A stretch of 59,092 bases of DNA from NCBI GenBank assembly GCA_003693705.1, contig RBZT01000664.1, positions 1-59,092 of the forward strand, in the 5' to 3' direction. Below are positions 29,501 to 41,200 of this stretch, in pieces (positions within the stretch are counted from its first letter, which is position 1; each line of letters begins with the position of its first letter). The DNA comes from Polymyxa betae A26-41 (lineage: Eukaryota > Protista > Endomyxa: Phytomyxea). The notes under the pieces were generated by a model. That model searched no databases, was not told the DNA's origin, and saw only the letters and a program-made list of their open reading frames with translations. The translations under genes were made by a program, and so were the position numbers.

Positions 29501-31239
29501 AAAGTTAAGGCAAGAATCGCAGCGGTTGCTCTTGAGCAGAAATTACCGAAAAAAGCTCCATTTGCCTTTTTTCAAGCTGCTCAGTCTGGGCATAATCTTG
29601 TAGCTGCTGTTTTAGCACCAATACTTGTTTTTCCATTGAAGACAAACTTTCTTTTTGTTTGGCTTTTCTTTTAGAAATGTGATGCTGCTTAGCAGTTACA
29701 ACTTCAGACAACTTGGACAACACAGGAGACATGTCATCAGAGTCCAGACGTTCGCAGCTGGGAATCGAGAGTCGAACCTCATCAGGTAAACGTGCAATTA
29801 ACTCAGTGCTTTCCTGCGTACAAGTTCAGTAGGCGCAGAGCCAATTATTATCCATAACTACTGAAAGTTTTGAGGCATGTTGCTGCTCGAGAAATTCAAT
29901 CTTGCCTGCAGTTTTCACAGAATTCTGATATCGAGCTGAGATTTCCTCCTAACAAACGGTGAGGTACGGAAATTGATAAGAACAATCGCCAACTTCAAGC
30001 CTCACGGCAGTATTGAACTCCCTCTCCAATCCTGCCAACTTCGTTTTGCGTTTTTCAAGCTCGTCAGAAAATTGCGACAGACGCTGGACAAGCTCGGTTG
30101 TGCTTTCTGTATATTCCTAGCGGATCGCTTATAACAGGGATTCAACCTACAGAATTCCGAGTTACAGTCTGCAAGCGATTCCGAGCTTGGACGAATTCTT
30201 GCTCCATTGTATGTAGTTCCCGTTCTAACACCGTTAAGTTGTTTTCGAAATCTTCAATCTGACATAGCTAAGCTTAGTCGAGAGACCAGATAATAATGTG
30301 CTTACTGCAGACAGCTCTGCAGAGAGGTCATTAAAGGAGAGACTGTAAGATTGTTTCTGACGCTGAGCGGCTTCCCTATTCAATGTTAGAGAATGGCGAG
30401 AAAATATGAGATCAATACCATTTTTCAGAAAGCATCTCAAGTGCTTGTCGAGTACGAGCTTTATCTGCTTCGACTTTCTGAACAGTCTCGAGATTATTAG
30501 CGATGATGTCAAGGTCTCGCTGAAGATCTTTGCATTTCGACGACCGTTCGTTTCGAACCTTCTTGATGCTTTCCAAAGCCCGGGTGTACTTGGTGGCTGC
30601 AAAAATGTCATCAAACCGCTTCTTCAGCGACTTATCATCACTAAGAGGCCAATCGGCATCCAACTGATGGCAGAAAATGACATTCTCAAGAATTGGCGTC
30701 GTGACTCCCATTAACTGGGTCATTAAATCATCCATTCGAGCACATTTATACGACACCGTCTTTTGTTGTCCTGTAATTGGTTTATGGTCAGTAAACTCTT
30801 TAAGCAAGATGGTTACTACCTTGCTCATCAGTAGTAGATAGAACAGAGTCGATTAATTTGAAAGTTCGTCGACCTTTCTGTGCAGTGACTTGAAAACTCT
30901 TGATAGCAATGACGTTCTTATCAGCTGCGGTCTTGAAGGCAAGCTTGATCTGTCCTTTGACAATCGGCTCCCCACATGAATCAGGATCATGTACAAAGCT
31001 TTTGCCTTTGTCAGAAAGAGGAGGAAACTCTCCCGAACAGACGTATTTCAGGCATTCGATAATAGAAGTCTTTCCCGAACCATTAGCACCTGTCATCAAC
31101 TTAAAGCTGCATCAAATGCTTCCTAGTAGAATCTCTGACCGACAATAATCGTCAGCGGATGCTGGAATTTGATAACAGATTCGGTATCAGGAGAGTAAGA
31201 GCGAACCCCTCTAATAGAGAGTTTATGTAATGTTGTCAT
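26507..31239 (-). CDS. RAD50: DNA repair protein RAD50
   Basis: [48 protein letters not shown], long coiled coil, zinc hook CGLC (~28572-28583), MRGRSSAGQ, LALDEPT, LILITHDE. Confidence 0.97.
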
Positions 31240-31630
31240 TAAATGAGATCAGATTTTACAGAGCCCAGTGCGGCTGGCCTCTGAAGCTCTGCACTAAATC
31301 CTTTCTGCCTTTCGTATTTAATAAATGCCCAAAAATGACAGGAATGAATTTCCCGCATGTGTAAATGTAACATTGCAAGAATTATTTCCCTCGGTGTCGA
31401 AATTTTTAAAGAGTTTGTTATTCATTTTTTTGACAGTGCGGGCAGTTTACAACCGACAACTTTGAATGGAAAATCATCAAACATGTTCGTAATTCGACAG
31501 ATCTCATCGTTTAGAAAAAAGTTACGAAGGAAAATTTCGACAAAAAAAGTTCCGGTAGGAACTGCAAAAAATATCTAAACTTATAACTTTTATTCGCTTA
31601 TATATTATACAAGGCGTCCACCGATGTCCG

Positions 31631-31718
31631 TTCTATGGCTTCTAACTTATAATCTCTAAATTTATAACTTACGTCGGTTTTGGCAATATAAGTTATAAGA
31701 GCTAGAGTCCGCATAGAA
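31631..31718. repeat. Short imperfect palindrome (possible MITE-like relic) in an AT-rich intergenic region
   Basis: Outer arms ttctatg...catagaa and inner arms ttataactta...taagttataa. Confidence 0.4.
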
Positions 31719-32179
31719 ACTCAAAAATCAAGTTTAACTCGCTGACGAAATGGCTAAATGGCAACGGCGCTAAATGGAAACATTGGTCGGTGACAGTAGG
31801 ATAGGAAATCATAAGTAAATCGTGCATTTTGGACCAAGCCACCAAATCCCAACAAATAAATCCCAAAATCCCCGCCGTCATTTTGCACAAAAATCAAAAA
31901 TCCAAATCCAAAAATGACATTCTCGGGAATATCCAGGAAAGAAACCATAGCCAACAAACTCTGCCTTGCTCGTACGCCTGCGGCGAACATGAAGGAGTTC
32001 CTTTGTTAGACATGTATACAAATCAGAACACGAACTAGGGTACTGTAGGTAGGACAAAAGCGACGAATCGCACATCCGGGAGAATCGATTTTGAAATTCT
32101 GCGTTGATTTAAAACCATATCTGTGACTGTTCTGTCTGGTTTGTTTTTATCAGTTACCTATCCACTAAAGCTGTAAAGT

Positions 32180-33505
32180 ATGGCGGCAGCAACAGCTGCC
32201 CAACACCAAGAAAGTTCAGCAAGCCAACAGCACCGGGAGCTGATTTTGGTAAAAAATCGATCTTGTCTTGAATCTCTTCTTCGTGTCAAAGGTCTGTCGC
32301 CAGGTCTATAATGATGCCATGTTTCGTTATATTAGAGCACAGAATCGGGCACACATCAGTACAAAGCGGACTCTTTACCCGCTCGTTTAAACAGGAATGT
32401 TTATGGAGGTCAGCTTTGTGCTCAGGCACTACTGATCGCTTATAAAACTGTTCATTCTGGCTTCCTTGCGCATTCATTGCACAGTAATTTCATTTTTGCT
32501 GGAAAGCTGAATGAGACGATAGATTATAAGGTTTCTAAGCTTGTGCTTTTTGGCTAACGAAATTTCTGAAAAGAGTTCGTGCAGGTAAAGATAATTAAGG
32601 ATGCGAAACGATTCGCTTTGCGTCATGTTTATGCATCACAATCGGGCACGGTTATGTTCTTCGCTAGCATCTCGTTTCATGCGATGGCTGTTGGTGGGCC
32701 ATCACACCAGAAGCGAATAAAACAGGCCAGAATCCCGCCTCCATCTGTAACTTGTCAAGATCTTTTATATCTTGATGGCGATTTGAGATGTTTCAACAGA
32801 GCGTAGTTAACGAGCAGGAATCCCTTTATCAGCTGAGTCTGGACGAGCGATTAACCAGACAAACTCGCGAAAAATTCCTGGAAATAAGCAGAAAGCCTAC
32901 AGCTGTAGAGATAAGACGAATCGATCCTGCTCGTTAGACCTGATCAGTGAAGATCCGTCGGATTGCTGATGACAACGCTAGATATAATTTATCCAACGAA
33001 ACAAGAACCGCTGCTGTACCAGTGGATGAAAAGCGTCGGGCCACTGAACGTCGAGCCAGTCGTGCATCATTGTCTATTGGCATATGCAAGTGATTCTTCA
33101 ATGACCAGCGTCGCTCTTCGGTATTGCCACAATCTGTCTGCACGAAATCCTGATTTTGTTTAGGCCCCATGGGATTGGTCTTGGAGATCCCAGAATACGT
33201 GTTGTCAGCTTAGACCATTCTATTTGGTTCCACGAAGATTTCAGGTTGAAATGAATCTGTTCTTCACCGTCTTTTGATTGTAACTGTGATGATAGAGCTG
33301 ATGAATGGATGCTTTTTGAAATGGAATCGCCAGTTACTACAAACGGGCGAGGGGTAACTAGTTGTTTGTATGTTTGCACGTATCTGCCTTATATCTGCCT
33401 CAGTTAATCCATGGCCATGTTTATGACAAAGCTGGTAAACTTGTCGCCAGTGTTAGCCAAGAATGTCTGATTGAGTACAAGACTCAGATGAAGTCCAAGT
33501 TGTAG
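32180..33505 (+). CDS. Peroxisomal acyl-CoA thioesterase II (TesB/ACOT8 family)
   Basis: Spliced: VYGGQLCAQAL..HSLHSNF, LLAYASD, SLDHSIWFH, GKLVASVSQE. The protein ends in the PTS1 tripeptide SKL followed by a stop. Confidence 0.92.
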
Positions 33506-34432
33506 TGCTGATCTTTCTATCACAATATACTCGTCTTCAATCAATGTCGAATTGTTCTCCGCTTCTCAAAGGGTTGTTTGCACTCATCTGTGGCTTGTTA
33601 AGCAGCGGAACGTCAAACATCGGATGCACTAGGTCGGTCGGACGCCTTGTGCAATTCGGAAGGCAATGTTCGGAATCTCTTTTTTCCGCTGGAGAAACGC
33701 ATGCTGCTAATTTTGGTATTCGAGATTTTTCGAATAATGATGAACTAAATACAGTATGTCCAGGATACGCCCCTTAACATTAACAGAGGAAATGATAGAC
33801 GTACCGGTACCTAAGGGCGAAAACATTGGTGAAGTTACCACTCCATCATCGAGCCTTTCATCCTTTACAAAGATATTTCTAAGAGCTCACAAGATGCCGG
33901 CTGCCTTAGGAGGTCTGGAGTTTCGCTGACTTCGCTTTGCAGTCTCCTCTCATTTGTCACATGATTCAGACACCTTGACGCATTCGAGTTGTGGGCAGCA
34001 TTAGAAATACATCGCTCATGAGGATTGATCATTGACGAAGTGAAAGTCGTTCTTGATTCGGCCGCTGATGATTCATCGGCACGATAATGGCAATGCCGGT
34101 GAAGTTATAGCTCGGGGAAGTTTTCAAACTCTAGTGGCTAGATGTTCGATAACAGTGCTAGATATCAATCTTGTAGCTAGATTCCGTTATTCGATGTTCC
34201 ATCACAAACGCAATCATTAGGTCAGTTTTTGTATTCATCTTCTTGCATCGATCTCCCGTATGCCAAGGATTCCAATTGTGTTCCAAAAGATACAAAACGC
34301 GGCTGATAACGAAGGTAACTAGATAAGCCCCCGTATGCCGATCTAGAAGCTCAGGTTTCGATCATGGTTGGCGTCGGCACTCGAAGAGATCAGAACAAAA
34401 ATACAAAACCTCATAACAAATAATAACAGTCT

Positions 34433-36092
34433 TTATTTCTCTTCTTTGGGCAATCTATCGTTACAGTGATTTTCTTGATCGTAGCCATTGATATCGAGCT
34501 CGATGAATTCCTCATGGACGGCATTCAGTGCTTCTACGACATCTTCCTGATCGATGACGACAGATATGTTTCGTTCGCTGCGCTCCAAATTAGCCACGCG
34601 TAAAGAATAATCCAAAAACTTACGAAGCGCCTTGACTGATAGCCCGAATGTTGATCTTCGCTTTGCCCAGAGAACTGAGAACGCTACCAGCGATGTTCGA
34701 GCGAAATCGCATGCCGTCACCGACAGCAGCCAAACAGGCACACGGTCCAAACGTATCGATAGTTTGGATCTCTTTCGACTCGAGTTCGTCGCGGAATTCT
34801 TTCTCGATGCCGGCAAGAGCTGCCGACGCCTCATTCATCGGTAATGCGAAACAGATGGAATGCTCAGAACCCGCCTGCGTCACAAGCATAACGGAGCAGC
34901 CGATCACATGCATGGCTCCGAATAGTCTCGACGCAATCCCAGGAACGCCAACCATACCGCAACCCTCGACGTTAATCAGCATTAGGTCCAGGATCGTTGA
35001 GAATCCTTGAATACGGGGAGCGTTCTCAATACGAGAGGGCAGGATCGTGCTGCCAGGAGATTCGGGTTTGAACGTGTTTCGAATGCGGATTGGAATCTCG
35101 GTTCCGACCAGAGGCGTCATGGTCTTCGGGTGGAGGACCTTGGCCCCGAAATACGCCAATTCCATCGCTTCTTTATAAGACACCTTCGACCGGATCACGG
35201 CACGATCGACAATGTTCGGGTCGGCACTATAGACCCCATCTACGTCGCTCCAGATCGTGAGTTCGTCCGCACTGATCAATGCAGCCATTATCGACGCCGA
35301 GTGATCGCTGCCGTCTCGTCCAAGTGTGTACGGCACCCCATTCTCGGTCGAGCAGATGAAACCGGTAATGACGACCAAATCGCATTCCTCATGCGCTTGC
35401 AGCCACGTTTGCCAGCTTTCGCGAGAGCGATCGAGCAGCGGGACGGTATGACCAGGGCGTCGGGTCGAAACAGTGATGACATCGCGAGCATCGAGCCATT
35501 GGACCGATCGACAGTCAGCCGCTTGCCGCAGATAGGCGGCCATTAACCGAGCTGACCAGATCTCACCATAGCCTGTCCACCATGGGCACGTCTTCTATGA
35601 TTCAAGTCAGCATAAGCTTACATAGCGATATCTTTATAGCATACCGTATCCGCCGTCTTGCTAAGCCATGCGTTTTTCAAGACGTACCTCAGGTCATCGG
35701 CGTCTGCATGCAGCTGCTCGACAATCTTCGATCGCTGATCGCTTTCGCCTCTGAAAGCAAAACGTTAACAGCAATAAAAACAGCGAAGGTGATTATCCTT
35801 ACAGTAACTGTTCGGCGGTTTCAACGCTTCGATTAATGACCGCTCGCAGCACATTCTCATAGGAAGGGTCACGAGCCGCCGCCAGACGGGCACATTCAAT
35901 CAGCAAAGATGTAACTTTGTCGTAGACGGTGTTTCCTGCTTTGTCCTTTAGCTTTCCCTGGGCGCTGACGACAACAGCCAGGCGGCGCTTGTCAGTGCTA
36001 AGGATGTTGGCGGCGTGGCGATAGCAGTCAGCGTCGGCCAGGCTGGTGCCGCCGAACTTGTGAACAGCCCAAACTGGCTTAGCTCCGACCAT
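34433..36092 (-). CDS. Aspartate kinase with two ACT domains (ThrA/AK-HSDH-type kinase half)
   Basis: HKFGGTS, VVVSA, GYGEIWSA, TLGRDGSDHSA, WSDVDGVYSADP, SYKEAMELAYFGAKVLHP. ACT motifs GMVGVPGIASRLF..QAGSEHSI and AVGDGM..AISQGASERNIS. Confidence 0.94.
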
Positions 36093-36859
36093 GATCGCTT
36101 ATTTAACGGAATGAAGGGGATGGGGTGACGGCGACAAAATGGGGTGATGGGGTGGGTAGGCACCCGAACGGGACCGAACATATGGCGAAATCGCGTCCGC
36201 TGTAGCACGAGAGTCACGTATTGACACACGAGGGCGAAATCATGACCCTCCTAAGTCTGGCCAACGCGTCCTTTGGTGAGTTTTGGACGTGTCTGGGCAC
36301 GATTTTTGGCAGTTGGATTCCACCAGCTTGGTAATGGATAGAAATAGCCAGGCCTCACCAAACTGTGGCGATAATCTATTGTATGTCAATTTGATCAGAA
36401 CCTTCGTAACGAATTGGCATCATGGATATCTCAATGATTCTGTTTGTAAACAGGATCCAGCACCTGAATTCGCCTCAATAGAATCCGGACGCCTAATGAG
36501 CTAATTGAAGACGCCGACTGTATATCCAACGGTTGCTACTGATGACATACTCGAAATACTGGCCCAATGACGATCTGCAACATTTGCTAGCCCAACAGCT
36601 CATGAATTTATAAAAATATTGTTTACAAAAGTGGGTATTGTAAAGCGAATACTGAGATAAACAGAGATGCCGTCAGAATTACCAGCTCGACTTTATTTTT
36701 CATCATGGGCTTCTGGCAATTTTCTCATTTCCGCGGTTTAACACGCAGTCCGTGGCGGAGTTTTTTCCGCCGCTCTGCTGTGGCTGGTTCCATTCCAGGT
36801 TGTCCTCCATACCGACAGTCGTCTCTTTCGATTCGCTACATCGATTAATTATCGGTACG

Positions 36860-37464
36860 ATGGTTGACCCGAAGTTGTTGGCTAAAGTCATCAAGGAAGG
36901 TGGCAAGAAGGTATATCAGTATTGAGATTTATGAGGCCTTTGGTTTATCGTACATAGGGTGTCGAAATCGAAGGTGTCGCCGATATGGGCGGCCTCAAGT
37001 TCTTCGTCACCAACGTCGAGACGCCCGAAGGCGACATTGACCTGCTGGTCGAATGTATGAACGCCATGAACGCTAAGGTCGAAGAGGGCGCTGAAGAACG
37101 CAAGGGCGGTTCCGGCAATGTCGGAAAGATGATCTTCTCCTTGGATGCGTCTAAGCTGATTGTCTTGGGTTACGTCCCGGAAGCCCTCGCTTCGGAGTGC
37201 AGCGTCCTGGAGTGGCTAAACGATGTCTTGGCTCAGTACGGCGGCAAGATCATCGCCAGCAACACGAAGGTTGAGGGCGGCTACATCGCCAAGGGATACG
37301 TCGATGCCGACGCCGACAAGGGCGTTTTCCCATTGAAGATCCGCGACCAGGCTTTGAAGACCGCCATTCAGTACCTGATTAACAAGGGTCTGTTCCCCGA
37401 CGATGATGATGAGTCTGAAGAGGAAGCCATGGGTGACGACTTCTTCGACACCCTGGATGTCTAA
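36860..37464 (+). CDS. Uncharacterised protein (KEGGKKG...MGG..FF...RKGG motifs), acidic tail
   Basis: ATG 36860, one intron 36911-36957, continuous with the 159-aa ORF. Strong C/G-ending codon bias. Confidence 0.85.
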
Positions 37465-38201
37465 ATCTACACATTTCTCGCTTCTATTAAATTGCTAAAC
37501 ATATTCTTATTGCATAACGCTTTGATCGAGTTATCCATGCGACATCGAATGGTTTATTCGTTTCTATCTTTGCAGCCTTAGAACTAAATTAGACCATTGA
37601 TAAATGGGTTCCTTGTGGAATGAAAGTTTTATATACAGCAATGAGATCCTGGCGACTCCTATCATGATAGGCCATTCTTTACCTGAGTTGATCCTCTACA
37701 GCGGTCCTAAAAAGCTAGGAGAAAATAACGGATAAATTCACCAAACAATGAAAATCAGAACAGCTACCTAAGAGCAAGATATCCTGACGCTTATAATTGC
37801 TTCATTATAGGGAGCTGTTAAATCTATACGAGTCAATTAATATTCAGAGCGAAAGCCCTACATCATATCCGAGGTCCAGGCTCCGAAGGGGGGGATTTTC
37901 CCAGAAAAGGCCCATTCTCGGCTCCGGAATCGACCGAAATAGCAACCCATGTCGGTCAATTCCAAAACATTGTTCCGAAGGCTATGATCAGTACGCTTTA
38001 AGCCGTAGGCCAGACGACTCCGACCTTTCAAGGACGTTAGTTGCTTCTGATTCCTGCCCACGTCGGAATTTCTGCGTCATTGAGTCACGGAATCATCCCG
38101 GAAACCCCTATAGGCGAGTGGAATCTGTCCTCATTCCATTCATCAGTCAGCCACGTTACAATAGAGGCCTGTAGAGGGAACCCCATTTACATCCAAACCT
38201 A

Positions 38202-41200
38202 ATGAAGCGCTGTAATTCGGTGCCCAATCTGAAAGAAAATGGCACCAGCGAGCTCGTTCCCGAGCCCAGGCAGCGCTCGCCCCCGTCTCCGGGGCAGGCA
38301 GAGACTCGAATGCGCTCCCGATCAAACAGCGTCTTGGACATCTCTGCAGTGATGCAGAAAATTGAAAGGATCCTGGGAACTCCAAACTTCGAGGCTTGCG
38401 ATCTGAACACGATTACGAAGGAGCAATTTGCGATGCTGAATAGCGTAATGCAGGAGGCGAAGCTGGTTGAACAGCCTGCTTCTATAGTATGGAAAAATCT
38501 TTCGTATATCAAGGACGAGAGGCGAGTGTTCCAAGGCATCTCTGGGTTTGCGAAACCTGGAATGATGATATGCTGCCTGGGTCCGTCATCCAGTGGAATC
38601 TCCAGTTTCCTTCGAGTTTTAGCAAATCGGAATCAGGGAGGGCTGGTCCATGGTGAGATCCTTCTCAATGGTCAGTTTTTTTTGTTTCATTGTATTCGGA
38701 ACGTCATTACTTTTGAAGGTGTTCGGATGCCAAGCAACTTTCGTCAAGTAGTTTCGTACGTTCCATTCGAAGATTTGCATATTGGGTAAGCTAGTAGCAA
38801 CAATTGGTCTAAAATTCTGATCCTGCTTAGTCATATGAAAGTCAAAGAAGCAATTCGGTTCTCGATCAGTCTGCGAGCGTCTCCTCGGCTGCCACAACGT
38901 TTTCTGGATTTACACGCCAGAATTATTTTGCATCTATTGAATGTATGCTTCTCGCCTATTGGAAATGCTACAGCTTATGTTCCTAGTTGAGCCACAGATC
39001 CAGATCTCTAATCGGCGGCGGGACCCTTCGTGGAATCAGTGGAGGTGAGCGAAGGCGCCTAACAATTGGCCTGGAGGTAGCCGCGGGAAACTCAAGTATG
39101 ACTGCACGATCTGTTTCATTGGGGCATTCTTTTTTTAATGTAATCTTTTGCAGTAATGGTTATGGATAGTCCAACAAACGGCCTGGATTCTGTGTCTGCT
39201 ATGGAGCTTGCAAAGATCACCAAGGCTCTTGTTGTAAATTCAGGTAGATCGGCAATAATGTCCTTAGCACAGGTTATGCGATTATCTTTATTCAAAATCT
39301 GTTTGTTTAGACATCTACAGGCCTCCCCTGACTTATTCGGAATGTTTGATTATTTACTCTGCTTATCTCAATCTGAACTGATCTACTTTGGACCTGTCAC
39401 TGGAGCTGTCAGCTACATGAATTCTTTAGGGTTTTGTGAAAGAAATCTGTTTGGTTAGCGGGCTGACAACTATTTTCGTAGGTACCGTAAACCAGCATTC
39501 AGGAACGTGCCCGATTTCCTGTCCGACATTTGCGCCGATCCTTCAGCATATTATTATGGCCCGGATCCAACAGGGGATCTGATTCTGACGTCTTCATACT
39601 GGAACAAGGCACGGAATCAGTTCTTCAAAGTTGCCCATGAACGACCTGATCCTCACCAAATCAAGGGCATGATGTTTTTGAAGAAAGATATTGAGAAAGA
39701 AATTTACATTGTCACATAGGAGGGACAATTCGCGCTTTAGCGGAATCTTACAGAAAATCTGTTCTGTTTGAAGAAGTTGGTCGAGTTGTTTGGCAAGAGC
39801 AGGCTCATAATGCGTCCCAATATGTATGGTTTCCGTTTTTTTTTGTCTTTCTAGTTTGCTGATCGTTAGCCAGAAACTTTCCGTTCCTCTTTATCAACAG
39901 AGCCTGGCCGGAGCCGTTCGAGAGGCATTTGCAAAGAATGCACTTAACATTCGGGCCAAGAAGGAAGGGGAGCCAGCCTCCAAAGTTAACTCATTCAAGC
40001 AGTTCTACGCCTTGTTTGTTCGGTTGGTATCCCCACCCATCCTCGCGCTTTCGCTTAATATCATTCTAGTGCAATACTCCTGAACATTCGTGAAAAATCC
40101 AAGTCACTCGGTCGAGTTGCTCGTGCCATCCTTGTAGCTGTCGTTACTGGAACAATATTTTGGCGTCTTGAAGACTCACAGGTACCTAACTGGTTGTGTT
40201 TGAGGAATCTTCTTTTTTGACAAGTACCATAGGCAGGCGCATTGTCTAAACTCGGAACCAGTAACGTGCCCCAGAACCATTGCAATACTAACTCTAAACG
40301 GCTTTTCAGTTTCGGTAGCAGCCGGTTTCCTGGGCTTCGATGCAGTCGATGAAATTCCTCAGATTTTTCAGTCCAGGTCCAGAAATTGCTTTCGCTTTAT
40401 TCAAAATCGTGTATCAGCTGTGTTTAGGTCAATGTTTTATGCCCAACGTAACGCTGGATACTTTAGCGTTTTTTCGTACTTCGTCGCTCATCTACTTGCT
40501 GATTTGCCTATTATCATTGCACAGACATCAATATTTTCAGTGATTATCTATGCAATGACTGGTATGTAGATGGTTTGGTAATAGATCTCTATGTCCATTT
40601 TTTTGAAAACTTAGGTATGCGGGATGGCGTGTTTAGTGTCAGGTTTTTAATATTTGCTTTACTGATCCTGCAAACCGCAATGGCTGGTAAATAATGATTT
40701 TTTCTGCTTGTTATACTTCGTTGTTCAGGAGCTTAGGTCGAGCCTGGACTACTTTTATGGCCAACTTCGTTCCAAATGAGGTATTTTTCCCGGGCTTTTC
40801 TGTTTCAACTCCTGAGTGCTTGCAGTCCATGGCTATTACAATGTCAATTCTGCTTAACGACGTGTTCTGGTATTTCCAAGGTTACTTTAGGAAAGCCGAC
40901 GAAATCCCAGCTGGTTGGAAATGGGTACATTACATCAGTTATTTCTCTCGTCTATTTCAGGTTTCTATCCACCCAATTCCGTTTTCAGAACGTTCCTTAA
41001 CTAGCTCACAGGCGCTAGCTATCAATGAGCTGGACGGTCTTGAATTAAACTGTGCTGCCACCGACAATTTATGTCGATGGCAAACCGGCAACGATTTGTT
41101 GAGAGAGTTTTATTGGGATACAGGTGACACTGCAATCGGCCTTTGGCTGCAGTCCTTCATCTTTCTAGGTAATGCTTGCAAATCCAATTCGTCCAACTGA

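Noticed and set aside
31609-33651. acaaggcgtcc(g)accga inverted match flanking the thioesterase gene as TIRs
   Set aside because: The match is only ~16 bp with a gap and has no TSD, so it is compatible with chance.
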